A stretch of 64,000 nt of DNA from the NCBI GenBank assembly GCA_977017645.1, contig OZ360235.1, forward strand, positions 72,602,001-72,666,000, given 5' to 3'. The notes beneath the pieces are model-generated. The model was not told where the DNA came from, searched no databases, and was given only the letters and a program-made list of their open reading frames with translations. The DNA is from Torpedo marmorata. Lineage: Eukaryota. Of this stretch, positions 1 through 12,838 are shown piece by piece (position 1 is the first letter of the stretch; each line of letters opens with the position of its first letter). Made by a program: the position numbers and the translations under genes.

Positions 1-1777
1 ACAAAATTAACTAATCTGTATAAATTAAACTATTTACCATTATTTGTGAATATAAAAAAAAATCTGTAGAGTTGGAAGGATTTACCTATAACTTTAATGG
101 GAAGAGTAAATTGTATTAAAATGAATGTTTTTCCGAGAATTCAATATCTTTTTCAATCAATTCCTTATGAAATTCCTCAAAAATTTTTTAAAGATTTAAA
201 TTTAATTATTTGGAAATTCTTGTGGAAAAGAAAGTTGTCTAGAGTAGGTATGGAGAAATTAACTTGGAATTATGAAATGGGTGGTCTACAACTTCCTAAT
301 TTTCAATATTACTATAAAGCAGCCCAATTAAAATTTATTAACGAAATGTTTGATTTAGGAAAACTCTCTGCTTGGATTAGAATAGAATTAAATAATATAG
401 GAGAGGATTTGAAAGAAGAAGTTATTTATAAATGGAATTCTAAATTATTATTAACAAGAGGGAAAAATTCTCCTATTTTTAGACATTTGTTAGAAATATG
501 GAATAGAGTGGATAGAGAAATAGGAGCGAAAGGGTTAATTTCTCAAAAAATGCCTCTGTATCAAAATAAACTTATTTATTTTTAAAATTATTTAATTTGG
601 TTATTTAATTAAATTAAATTAAATTAAATTAAATAATTAAATTATTTGAAATTTGGTTCCAAAAGGGAATTAAGGAAATAAATGACTGTTTTGAAGCTAG
701 TAAATTTATTACGTTTCAAAGAATGAAAGATAAGTTTAATGTAGCAAATAATACAATCTTTGCTTACTATCAAATCAGAGCATTTTTAGTTGAAAGGTTG
801 GGCCATAGTTTGATTTTACCAAGACACAGTGAATTGGAATTATTAGTTACTAATGGAGGTGTTAATAAATTTATTTCTCAAATGTATATTTTGTTACAGA
901 GGAAAATGCCTAAACCAGGAATTCATAAATCAAGATTAAATTGGGAAACAGATTTGAATGTAACAATAGATGAAGAACATTGGAAAGAATTATGTAAACA
1001 AAGTATGACGAAGATTATTAATGTTAGATATAGATTGGTGCAATATAATTTTTTTCATCAATTATATTTAACACCTAAAAAATTAAAGAAATTTAATCCA
1101 ACATTATCCGGCTTATGCTTTAGATGTAATGAAGAGGAAGGTTCTTTTGTACATTCTACATGGTTTTGTCCAAAGATATATGATTTTTGGTTGAAAGTTA
1201 AAAAGTTTTTAGATAAAGTATTAAGAATTACACTCCTAATGGATCCTATGATATTTTTGTTTCGAGATATTAAAAGAAACAGTGCTAAAAAGAAATTAAA
1301 TATGTATCAAACAGAATTTTTACGTATTGCTTTAGCTGTTTCTAAGAAATGTATTGCTATTACATGGAAATCGGATGTAGATTTAGGGTTAGAAAGATGG
1401 CATGCAGAATTGCGTTCATGTATACCACTTGCAAAAATTACTTATAATTTACGTAATAAATATCATTTCTTCTTGAAAATATGGAGCCCATATATAAAAA
1501 CTGTCGGTTTAAGGATTTGAAGATCTCCAGATATTGGATCTGACTGGCGAACCATGTTCCACAATAAAATTAGTTTATAGTTGTTTTGTTTAGAGTGACA
1601 TTCTCCTTACTTTATCTTTTTCTTCTTCCTTTCTTTTTTTCGGGAGGGTTAGGGAGGGGAGAAAGGGAGGGAGGGTGAAAATGTATCATATGTAATTTGA
1701 TAATTTTGTATTTTAAACTATGTAATGTGTGATTTAAAAATTTTAAATAAAATAAAAATAAATAAATAAATAAAAAA
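1..1777 (+). mobile_element. L1-clade LINE, 3' part (decayed ORF2 C-terminus, 3' UTR, poly-A), cut by window start
   Basis: ORFs 97-585 (GRVNCIKMNVFPR, GGLQLPNF) and 723-1520 (C-x2-C...H-x4-C zinc knuckle CFRC..HSTWFC). G-rich 3' UTR tract ~1642-1677, AATAAA-rich tail to ~1777, (TAAAT)n microsatellite at ~585-640. Same family as the copies at 41088 and 53586. Confidence 0.93.
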
Positions 1778-1794
1778 GGAAAACAGAATTAATG

Positions 1795-1935
1795 ATCCAG
1801 GTTTCAAACAAAGGATTTTGGACCTGAAACGTTAACTCTGTTTCTCGTGCCAGAGATGTTGCTTGACTTGCTGAGTGTTTCCAACTTGTTCTGCTTTTAT
1901 TTCCGATTTCTAGTAGCTGCAGTTCTTTTTGATCA
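1795..1935 (+). mobile_element. Old Penelope-like element terminal fragment
   Basis: GACCTGAAACGTTAACTC...GATGTTGCTTGACTTGCTGAGTGTTTCCAAC resembles the reverse complement of the PLE ends at 9512, 34146 and 51203. Confidence 0.5.
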
Positions 1936-2994
1936 TTTTTATTTGCTTCCTTAAAGTTGACTTCACTATTTCAGTGCAGAGCGACAACTGAAAGCCTTGT
2001 CGTCCTTTTCTCAGCATCTTGCATTTTATTTTGCTTGCCTTCCTTTGACTTTTGGGTGTCTTTTGTGCCAAAGACTCTATCCGTAGCCAAGGAGCATTTT
2101 TTACAGAGTGAGTGGAGCCATGATGGTCCACTTCTAATTTTTCTATCATTTAATATTTCTGGTGAAGCATTCAGTGTTGATAGGTTGAACCAGCAACACC
2201 AAATCATACCAAAGGTGAGTGCTTGATTTTCTAATCTAATAAAGGAGTGCATTTTACAGAGCCTTTTCATCATCTCAGGACATCCATTTTAACAGCTAAC
2301 ACTGCTCTGAAGCCTGGTCCCTGATGCAATGCATTTGTACACTGCATGTAAAATTTCCCTGCTTTGAAACATGTGCATCCTATTTGAGCACAGCAAGGTG
2401 CTCCAAGTAAGGGATGTGAATGGTTTTCTCTTGGCAAGTTCTGATCTCTGAATAATAAACTGTCAAGCAGAATTCCATTCACATCCACAGGGAAGTATTA
2501 GCATGAAATGGGTTTTTGAAGTGTCAAAGAAGGATGCAGAAATATTACTTCTCTGACAAAAGAAGTATTGCACTGCATATTATCAAGAGTCTTGAGGTTT
2601 GTTGAAAGCTGCTTGACATTTCAAAAATTGTAACCACACTAGAATTAAAATGTACAAAAATGCTTCTGAAGCTTGTGTAAAAAAAATTCATCAGTTAGTT
2701 CAGTTCCATGTTTACTCGGTGATTCTTTTCTTGAGAGTCTTTCTTGCTGCATGCACTGGCCTCCAGCTGTGTCGGGTCCACTGTAACACTCTTCAGCACA
2801 TCACTCAAGTGGGTTTTCTGCAAATGTGAATGTAGATGTTGCATAGCAACGGGCTTCCCAACTGTGAGCAGGGTCACTTCTATAATCTTGCCTTTCTCAT
2901 GTAAGATTTCCCCCATACCCCCACCCCCTCCTCCCCCACCAGGTAATATAAAGTAGTGTGGTTCTTCCAGTGATATGAATGGTATTTTGTTGAG

Positions 2995-5481
2995 AAGGAG
3001 AAGCATGGGTGATGACCCTACAGGACGGTAACCATGGCAGCGAACAAGCAAGCAGCTCAGCAGCTGAAGGACCCACACAGGCTGTGGGTGGTTGGCGACT
3101 TACGGTTGAAGGACTCACAGAGGGTGTGGCCTGCTGGCGACTGGCTCGTGGGAACCAGGTATCGGAACTGGGATTTGAGAGGGTGCTGAGGGCAAGTAGG
3201 GTTCCCAAAGGGCTTCAGGTGGTGAAGGCTTCCTGATCATGACCGAGGTTTGGATCTGGAGCTCGGGTTGCCGATGGTTTGAACAGGAGTCAGTGAGGCT
3301 ACAGAGGCTGCAGGAGCATTGGAGGCGAAGCCACGGACACTCAGTGTCTCTGTAGGGACCATCTTTTGCTTCTCTTTCTCTCAGGTGAGGCAGCAAGTTA
3401 AGAGGAAGAAGTAAGCATACATTAGATGTATGAAGCAGGAAACAGGAAGGCCTGATGAGAATTATATGGTAGCCAGGAAGGAACTTAAGAAAGGACTTAG
3501 GAGAGCTCGAAGGAGGCATGAGAAGGCCTTGGCAAGTAGGATTAAGGAGAACCCCCAAGGGGTTCTATGCGTATGTGAAGAACAGAAGGATGACGAGAAT
3601 GAAGGTGGGGCCGCTTAAGGATAAAGGAGGCAACATATACCTGAAGGCAGAGGAAGTTGGGGAGGTCTTAAATGAATACTTTGCTTCAGTATTCACCAGA
3701 GAAAAGGACCTTGATCAGGGTGAGTTCGGAATCGAACAGGCTTGTGTGCTGGATGATGTTGACATAAAGGAACAGGAAGTGTTGGATCTTCTTAAAAACA
3801 TTAAGATTGATGTCCCCAGGGCCAGATGCAATATACCCCAAGTTGCTGTGGGAAGGGAGGGAAGAGATAGCTGGTGCATTGGCTATGATCTTTGAGTCCT
3901 CCTTGGCCACAGGGGAGGTGCAGGAGGATTGGAGAATGGCAAATATGGGCTCCTTGTTTAAAAAAAGGTAATAGGGAGAATCCTGGGAATTATAGACTAG
4001 TGAGTCTTGCTTCAGTGATGTGCAAACTATTGGAGAGGATTCTTAAGGATTGGATTTTCGAGCACTTGGAGAAGTACAGTGTACCCAAGGATAGTCAGCA
4101 TGGCTTTGTGAAGGGAAGGTCATGTCTCATGAACCTAATTGATTTTTTTGAGGAGGTAACAAAAGAAATTGATGAAGGTAGGGAGGTTAATGTGGTGTAT
4201 ATGAATTTTAGTAAGGCATTTGACAAGGTCCCCCATGAGAGACTTGTTCAGAAAGTAATGAGGCATGGGATCCACGGAACCTTGGCTGTATGGATTTAAA
4301 AATTGGTTTGAGTGTAGAAAGCAGAGGGTAGTAGTGGACGGAAAGCGTTCTGCCTGGAGTTTCAGTGACTAGTGGAGTTCCGCAGGGATCTGTTCTGAGA
4401 CCCCTGCTCTTTGTGAAGAAGAGGAAGGATGGGCCAGTAAGTTTGCGGATGATACGAAGGTTGGAGGAGTTGTGGATAATGCTGAAGGTTGTCGTAGGTA
4501 ACAAAAGGATACAGAGAAGATGCAGAGTTGGGTGGAAAAGTGGCAGATGGAGTTCAATCCGGATAAATGTGAGGTAATGCATTTTGGAAGGTCAAACCTG
4601 AAGGCTGAGTACAGGGTTAATGGTCGGATGCTTAACAGAGTGCAGGAACAGAGGGACATTGAGATCCAAATCCATAGCTCTCTCAAGGTTGCTGCGCAGG
4701 TTGATAAGGCAGTTAAGAAGGCATATGATATGCTGGCCTTCATTGGTCGGGGAATTGAGTTCAAGAGTCGAGAGGTCATGTTGCAACTCTACAAATCTCT
4801 GGTGAGACCACACTTGGAATATTGTGTTCAGTTCTGGTCACCTCATTATAGGTGTGCAAGCTATGGCGAGGATTCAGAGGAGATTTACCAGCATGTTGCC
4901 TGGAATGGAAAATGAGTCTTATGAGGCAAGGTTAGCAGAGCTGGGACTTTTTCTCTTTGGAGTGAAGAAAGATGAGAGGAGACTTAATAGAGGTCTACAA
5001 GATTCTGAGAGGCATAGATAAGGTGGACAGCCAGCGCCTGTTTCCCAGGGCAGGAATAGCAAACACCAGGGAACATCTCTACAAAGTGAAGGGAAGAAAG
5101 TTTAGGGGAGACATCAGGGGTGAGTTTTTTTTACACAGAGAGTTGTGGGTGCCTGGAATGCCTTGCCAGGGATGGTGGTGGAGGCTGAAACATTAGGGGC
5201 ATTTAAGAGACTCTTAGATAGGCACATGGATGAAAGAAAGATAGAGGGTTACGAGGTAGGAAGGATTTATTTATTTTTTTTGGTAGGAATATATAGGTTG
5301 GCACAACATCGAGGGCTGAAGGGCCTGTACTCTGCTGTAATGTTCTATTGTTAGGGGTGCTGGCCAATGCTCTTGGCGACTCTGTTTGCCTTATGGCGGA
5401 CAAATTTTGAAGTATATCATGTATATTACATTTTTATGTATTATTATGTGAAAATAAAAGGAGCCTTAAAAAGGAACCTTG
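2995..5481 (+). mobile_element. Unclassified SINE-like retroposon (body ~2995-3385, tail ~5349-5481) split by a CR1 insertion
   Basis: The tail TAGGGGTGCTGGCC...GGCGACTCTGTTTGCCTTATGGCGGACAAA...GGAACCTT is homologous to the tails at 14885-15006 and 52700-52824. A GC-richer non-coding body precedes the CR1. The 5' boundary is uncertain. Confidence 0.5.
3386..5348 (+). mobile_element. CR1-clade LINE, 5'-truncated, decayed ORF2 (RT)
   Basis: ORF fragments ENPGNYRLVSL, SQHGFVKGRSC, FSKAFDKVPH, SGVPQGSVL, LYKSLVRPHLEYCVQFWSPH, MRGDLIEVYKI. The 3' end GGGCCTGTACTCTGCTGTAATGTTCTAT is CR1-like. Confidence 0.92.
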
Positions 5482-6504
5482 TTCCCTCTGTCCATGTTGG
5501 GTCAGTGTAAAACTACATTTACTATCAGTAGTAAAGCTGCTTCTCGTCATATTTATTCTGATCTCCACTCCATTTCATGCAAAAAAAGTTAAACGAATAT
5601 TGCCAACAATAATTTCTGGATTATAAAATTCAAACTTTTTATTTCCTCTTTCCATTTCCACAGTAGTTTTGAAACTGTTGTATGACTGATGGATGGATAT
5701 AAGCTATGGCAGGGGTGGTGGATAATTTGAGAGTATGTATCCAGCTTTTTCCAATCAATCGTTAGAAGACCTAAAATTATAATGAAGGGAAACACAACAG
5801 ATGAAACTCTTTTATATTCCTTCTGTGCTGGGAACTTTCATAGGTCGCACGGCAAGTACATGTTTAGGGAACTTTTGTGTGGAGAGATATCAAATGTTTG
5901 TCTTTATCTCTGCAATTTGTGTGCTTTATCCTTATTTTCCAGTTTTATTCTCCTTCACCCAGCCACCCTGCTTCACTATATTTGTTTCCCTCTTCCTCTC
6001 ATGCTTTTTTTTCTTCTTTTGTATTTTATTGATGCACCTTTCATTTCATTTATACCTTACCTCATGTATTTTTGTGTCTTCTATCTCTGATGGTGATTGG
6101 ACTACCTTAGGGGACACACAGCAGCCAGCTAGCAACCTGATTTATGTATTCACCATCCTCCTCAGCCTGCCTGTTGTCTGGTGCTGTTGTTTGGACTTGT
6201 GCAGTTAGGTACAGGAGGTGAAGAGAGAGGCATCAGTCGGGTTGATTTTCTTCATGTGTGAATGTAAATATTGGATGCTTCCCATGAAAGGAACGAGAAA
6301 ACAGTTAACAGTCATCAAAGTAATAATTCAAATATATCAAAAATCCTCCAGCAGGTTGTCAAAAATGTCAAAAGATCATAAAATGTTGTAAACCACAGGA
6401 TAACTGTGGTTTTAATATTGGTGTGGAGAACCTCGTGTTCGTATTTGCAGTCACCAGGACATCACTGCTTTGTGTAACAAGGCAATGTATACGTAATAAG
6501 GGCC

Positions 6505-7690
6505 TTTATGCTCTTTATCAACGACAGTTCGGCATTCAACACCATCATCCCCTCAAAATTGATCAGCAGACTCCAAGACCTGGGACTCAACACCCTACTG
6601 TGTAATTGGATCCTGGATTTCCTCACCTCCAGACCACAATCATTGAGGATTTGTAAGAACATCTCCACAATCTCCATCAGTACCAGAGCACCACAGGGCT
6701 GCGTTCTTCGCCTCCTGCTCTACTCGCTATACACCTATGACTGTGTGGTACGGTACATCAACAGCACCATCTACAAATTCGCTGACGATACCACGGTAGT
6801 GGGTTGTATATAATGAGGCGATGAGTCAGCATACAGGAGGGATATTGAAAACTTGGCTGAATGGAGCGCCAACAACAATCTCGCACTCAATGTCACCAAA
6901 TCCAAGGAGCTGATTGTGGACTTCAGGAAGGGAAAACCAGAGGTGTACGATCCAGTGATCATTGGGGGATCAGAGGTGGAGAGGGTGAGCAAATTTAAGT
7001 TCTTGGGAGTCACTATCTTGGAGGATTTTCCTGGACCAAACACACTAATGGCATCGTGAAGAAAGCACGTCAGCCCCTCTACTTCCTCAGGAGTTTGCGG
7101 AGGTTTGGTATGACATCGGAAACCCTGGCAAACTTCTACAGATGTGTGAAGATTGTGCTGACCGGCTGCATCACGTTCTGGTATGGGGACACCAATACCC
7201 CTGAGCGGAAAGCCCTGCAAATGTAGTGGACACAGCCCAGGACATCACAGGCAAACCCATCCCCACCATCGAGAACATCTACAGGGAACGCTGCCGTTGG
7301 AGAGCAGCAGCAATCATCAAGGATCCACACCACGCAGCACACGCTCTGTTCTCGCTGCTACCATCAGGAAAGAGGTATAGGTGCCACAAGACTCGCACCA
7401 CCATGTTCAGGAACATCTGCTACCCCTCCACCATCAGACTCCTCAACAACAAACTCAATCAGGGACTCATTTAAGGACTCTTACTTGTGCACATTATTGA
7501 TTTTCTTTTGTTCTCTCTGTATTGCACAGTCAGTTTGTTTACATTTCTTTATTTGGTTACATGTGTATGTTGAGTACAGTTTTTTATGCACTCCTAATAA
7601 GTGGTAATTCTGCCTTGCCCACTGGAAAAAGAATCTCAGGGTTTTATGTGATGTCATGTATGTACTCTGGCAATAAATCTGAAATCTGAA
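6505..7690 (+). mobile_element. Rex1/Babar-type LINE, 5'-truncated
   Basis: [44 protein letters not shown]. Ends in AATAAATCTGAAATCTGAA. Confidence 0.9.
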
Positions 7691-7769
7691 TGCTCAACTC
7701 GTAGATCAAATGTCATGACAGTTATTGAGCTTATTTCAGGTTAGTGTTTGTAATCCTATGTTCGCCCAA

Positions 7770-8110
7770 AGCTATTTTGAATGGGTCTTGTCCTAACATC
7801 TTAGCCATAAGGGAGGATATGGAGAGGAGATCTAGGCCTCGGGGTTACTGTTCAAAATAAGGGCTTTCCCATTTAAGATAGAAAGGAGGGGTGTTTTGTT
7901 TTCTCTTGGACAGTCACAAATCTTTAAAATGGAAGCAGATTTTTGAATATTTACAAGGCAGAAGCAGTTAGATTCTAGAAAAGCAAGAAGGTGAAAGGTT
8001 ACCGCAAGTGGGCAGGAAGGGGGAATGGGGTTTCAGTCACATCAACCATTATCTTATTGAATGGCGGAACAGGTTAGAGGGGCACAGTGGGCGACTCCAG
8101 GTTTGCAGGT
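7770..8110 (+). mobile_element. Old CR1 3' fragment
   Basis: Degenerate CR1 3' motifs (TTCAAAATAAGGG..CCATTTAAGA, ATTTACAAGGCAGA, ATTGAATGGCGGAACAGG) match the CR1 end at 13900-14170. Confidence 0.6.
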
Positions 8111-9511
8111 TGCATGTGTCCATGCTTTAAAGTACCTTCATCTTCAAACTCAATTTGAATATCTAATTTTTTTTTGAAGGGGGCACTAGGAAAAGATAAT
8201 TAAATTATAAAACTTGAAGATTTAGCATCCACTCAACAACAGGACATGCAAATGACTAAAGCCAACTGATGGAAGTGGAGTTTCCACTCGGTCAAAGTCT
8301 AAGGACAGGAGAGTGCTTCAATTGGCGTGAAGTGCTTCTCTATATACACCATGGCCTCTCTATGTATGTTAAACTTCTCGACAAGTGAAACTTGTTCTAC
8401 TAAAATTAAGTTGCAGTGAGACCTAAAAATGGATGTGGGAAATATTCAACTTGAGTGTGCAAAATTCATGCTGCATCTGGTGTGAAAAGATGGTTGTTTC
8501 TGTTCCGCTGTTTCCTTGAGTTGGATTTCAGGAGATAAACATATTGGAATTGGTCATTTTCTGTATTAAATCTAGCTCTGGGCTGGTACAGAATCTTAAA
8601 TATTATGAATATTAGTATTGCAACATCTGACCCAAACAAATGACAGGATGAAAACCTAAAGGCTGCGATTCATCTTGAACCCCCCGATTAAGCCCCATGA
8701 GTTTATGTTAATGTATTGAAGATTCCTAGCAATGGAATTCACTTGCAAGTATAATGATTGTGGCATTAACGGTGTCAACATCGAATTGGATGGGAAAAAG
8801 TGTGGAAGGAATGTGAAATCAGAATCGATATATGTGATTAGGACTCGTGCAAAGAGTAAGTATTTATTTAGTCTGTTCCTTTCTTGTATGTAAATTTGTG
8901 TAAATGTTTCTTTGTCTTTAAATGTACTTTATATCTGCAATATATTTGAACAACTCTTTGATGTTACAGGGTATTTGATGTTACACACAATGTTCATTAC
9001 TGATTTCGTTACTTCCAGTGCCACGTGATTAGGGCATAACCATTGATCAAATAGTTTATAAAGCAGAATTTAATTGGCTCAGCCAGTCAGATGACATCAG
9101 TTAACCTGATCAGGAGCATGGGATTTTTTAAAAATACGATTTAGGACTGATCTATTTATCTTTGCCACTAAATAATCACAAACTCGTAAAGCTCTGTTTA
9201 TATTTCTGGTAAAATATTGATCTAATTTACCTGTGTAAATGGGTTGATTACAAGATAGTGTTGTCAGTAATTCTGACTGAATACTTATCCTGTTTTTTTT
9301 TTCAAACAAAACAAGTAATGGTACTGGGTACATTAAAATGCCTGATTTTTCTGTTGGTTTTATCCATGCAAAATACTGAGGGGAACTGATATCTCTTTTA
9401 TACTTGTCACAAAACCATAGAACGCTCCTTTAGAATGTAACTTATCCAGTATCTGCCATTACACTAACTTTTCAAAGATCTAGCTCAATTACTGACATAC
9501 AGAATGGCCAG

Positions 9512-9613
9512 TAAAAACACACCAAACTGCTGGAGGAACTCAGCCGGTCTTTCAGCATCTATAGGAGACAAAGGTATATTGCCGACGTTTCGGGCCTGAG
9601 CCCTTCTTCAAGG
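9512..9613 (-). mobile_element. 102-bp PLE-end insertion carrying a minimal hammerhead-ribozyme-like motif
   Basis: 8-bp TSD ATGGCCAG (9504-9511, 9614-9621). Minus strand reads TTGAAGA-A-GGGC TCAG GCCC-GAAACGTC. Confidence 0.8.
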
Positions 9614-9826
9614 ATGGCCAGGGCCATCACTGCATGTTTGCTGTTTAATATCAATATTCCACTTTTCTGTTACCTGGCAAATTAAATTAGCAAGAAATAA
9701 GAAATTTGCTTTTTGAATCCCACTGAAATGATATGGAAAGATTACACTGGATATTATAGGTAAGATTTTAAAAAAAAGTAGAGCTTAGATTTTTGTAAAG
9801 ACTTGATCTGTACCACCGTTACATCC

Positions 9827-10412
9827 TCTGAATCAGAATCAGAATTTATTGTCATGAACAAGTCATGAAATTCGGTGTTTTGCGGCAGCATCATAGTGCA
9901 ATTAACATTCATATTAACCATCTTACGACATTACTATAAAAAATTATAAACAATAGTGCACGAAAAGTAAGGCAGTGTCTTTGGTTCATTGATTATTCAG
10001 GAATCTGATGGCAGCGGGGAAGAAGCTGTCCTTGTGCCGTTGAGTGTTCATCTTTAGGCTCCTGTACCTTTTTCCCGATGGAAGCAGAGTGAAGAGGGCA
10101 TGGCCTGGGTGATGGGGGTCTTTGAGGACAGAGGCTGCTTTTTTAAGACACCGCCTCATGTAGATGTCCTCGATGGAGTGAAGTTTGGTGCCTGTGATGT
10201 CACAGGCTGAGCTAACAACCCTCTGGAGTTTACTCTTGTCCTGGGAGTTGGTGCCTCCATACCAGGCAGTGATGCAACCAGCCAGAATGCTCTCCACGGT
10301 ACACCTGTAGAAGTTTATGAGAGTCTTTGATGGCATACTGAATCTCCGCAGACACCTCACAAAGTATACTCGCTGATGAGCCTTCTTTGTGATTGCATCA
10401 ACGTGGATGTTC
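9827..10412 (-). mobile_element. Rex1/Babar-type LINE 3' fragment
   Basis: ORF 9986-10474 ([28 protein letters not shown]). (TTCTGA)n tail. Nearly identical to the 3' part of the copy at 39855-45405. Confidence 0.9.
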
Positions 10413-10514
10413 CATTCCTCCTCCTTCACATTGTTGCTGCCACACAGATGTTCATTAAGAGCAATAGCATGCAATTGGATATGTTTTTATGTGAACAAAC
10501 TTTGGGTCAGTAAT

Positions 10515-11250
10515 AGAGTTACAGAATCATAGTTGTACAGGAGGGAAACAGGCCTATGCTGGCCCAGGTGCCCACCTAAAATGCTCCCATTGCCTGTGGT
10601 TGGCCCATATCACTCTCAGCCTTTTCTATCCATGCTCTTTGTAATTGCATCCACCCCAAATCCTCCTCTGGCAGCTCATTCCATATACACCACCCTCTGT
10701 GCTGAAAAACCTTCCCCCTCAGGTCCCCTTTAAATCTTTCCCCTTTTACCTTAAATCTATGCCCTCGTGTTTTAGACTCTGCTACCAGGGAGAAAAAGAC
10801 TGTAACCATCTACCTTATTTTTGACCCTGATGATTTTATAAAGTCACCCCTCAGATTTCTTAGCTCCAGGAAAATGATTCTAGCCCACCCCGTCTCTCCT
10901 TATAACTGCAGACCACTCTTGTGAATCTTTTATGCACCTTCTCTTACTTCATTATGTTCTTTTCTGGATGGCAACCAAACCTGCAGACCATACTCCCAAG
11001 TGTAGTCTTGTACAGCCTTATCATGACATCCCAAATTTTGTATCCATGCTCCTAATGATTAAGACAAGTGTGCCATTCAATTTTTTTCACCACTCTGTCT
11101 TCATGTGTTGCCTCTTTCAGGGATCTATGTACTTTTACTCCAGGCCTATCTGTTCTCTTTCACCCCCAGGGCCCGACAATTCACTCTGTCTGTCCTGCCC
11201 CGGTTTAACTTCCCAAAATGCATCACTTTGGACTTGTTTGTCTACTTTCC
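10515..11250 (-). mobile_element. Old CR1 fragment
   Basis: ORF 10576-10809 SKTRGHRFKVKGERFKGDLRGKVF, with degenerate CR1 RT C-terminus upstream. Confidence 0.7.
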
Positions 11251-11614
11251 CAGCTGGACTAGATTCTGTTGTAAACTTCTTCACTAAGACACCACTGTTA
11301 TTGTCATCCACAGACTTACTACAACTTGTTCCTTCTGTTCCTTAAAGCTTGTCAATGCTGCTAGGCACTGTTGCCCAAGTGGCACATTGTGGTGTCCCAT
11401 TACCAACTCCATGGTGTTAGCATGCTCTAGGTACCTCTATTCTATGAAGTATTGATAAGATGTGGGAAATATGCACCAAGTAAAGTGGGGGTGGGGGAAC
11501 TATTAAATGAGGTAGTGAGGAAAGGTGGTCTGCTGCAGGAGATTTGGATTTTGTAAAGTTTGTCCATGAAGGATTTGCTATCTGTGTTGGAGTCATTTCA
11601 GCCTGAATAAAACT

Positions 11615-12020
11615 GGCACAGTTAGCATAGTGGTTAGCGCAACACTGTTACAGCGCCAGCGATCGTGACCGGGGTTCGAATCCTGCGCTGTCTGTAAGGA
11701 GTTCTCCCCATGGCTGCGTGGGTTTTCCCCGGGGACTCTGGTTTCCTCTCATCACTGTCAAGTCATCAGGGTCAAAAATAAGATTGCTGCTGTCATCGGA
11801 GAGCAGCAGCAATCATCAAGGATCCACACCACCCAGTACACGCTCTGTTCTCGCTGCTGCCATCAGGAAAGAGGTATAGGTGCCACAAGACTCACACCAC
11901 CAGGTTCAGGAGCAACTGCTACCCCTCCACCATCAGACTCAACAACAAAATTGGGTGTAATTGGGCAGCACGGGCTCGTGGGCCAGAAGGGCCTGTTACC
12001 GTGCTGTATGTCTAAATTTT
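11615..12020 (+). mobile_element. tRNA-derived SINE (HE1/V-SINE-like) interrupted by a rearranged Rex1 fragment
   Basis: A box TAGCATAGTGG, B box GGTTCGAATCC, core GCGTGGGTTTTCCCCGGGG.CTCTGGTTTCCTC. CR1-like tail GGGCCAGAAGGGCCTGTTACCGTGCTG. Rex1 piece at ~11795-11948. Confidence 0.75.
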
Positions 12021-12149
12021 AAAAAAAATCAATTTAAACTTTAAAAAAAAAAATTAAACTCCAGGTTAGGTTTAGCTATAAATATGATGAGTTTTGGCAG
12101 CTTTTGCAAGAAGGATTCACAACAATTCAATGGACAATGGGGAACATGA

Positions 12150-12838
12150 CAATTACAGTCTGTGACCTACCCTCATGTAAAAATGGAAAACCTTTCCCAA
12201 AACCTCCAGGTCAGTCATAAAAATAAGTCAGTCCCAAAAATACAGTCCACAAAAATCACTCTCTATGTTCAGGGTCCAAATTCAGCTCTGTGTGCTGGCA
12301 CGAAGGACTTCTTAATGAACGTTGGAGAGAGAGAGACAATGACTGTTTAAGCTTACGAATGCTTGGCCTGCTTTTCTTCCGATGGCTTTCCCTTTTGGTA
12401 GGTGAACGAGGGTTGCTGTTCCAAACCAGTATACCACTGATTGAGGCGTGTACTTGGATCTCACAGCCTGTCTCGCTGATCTCATGCATGTTCTCCACGA
12501 AAGTTGCTTTATCTCAGGATTTTGCTGATACAAGAGGCCATGTGCTATTCTCCCAGCCTTTCTCACTGGAATGCACAAGCCTGGTTTTGGTGTGGTTGCT
12601 TCAGAAGCCTTTTGCAACTCCAAACTGAATTCTTTTTGCAGAGGTTTGTACCTGCTTTTGCAAAAGTGCAACAAAGTATCTTTCCACAGCCTATCTCTCT
12701 CTCTATGTGTCTCTCTCTCTGAGCACAGCCAGTCCTGGGCAAGTTAACTCTTTCAGTACCTGGTCCCAGTGTGTACTCAAAACTTCATCATTCCTGCTGA
12801 CCGTTCGCAGTCCAAATGGTCAGTCATGGTCCATAACA
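12150..12838 (-). mobile_element. 3'-truncated LTR of the same Gypsy family as 58555-64000
   Basis: Reverse complement starts TGTTATGGACCATGACTGACCATTTGGACTGCG, as at 58555 and 59054. Homology continues to ...CACAGACTGTAAT. Confidence 0.88.

Noticed and set aside
9018-9030. CACGTG E-box as a CLEAR/TFEB site in an intron of a lysosomal gene
   Set aside because: A single hexamer with imperfect flanks (GCCACGTGAT) is expected by chance.
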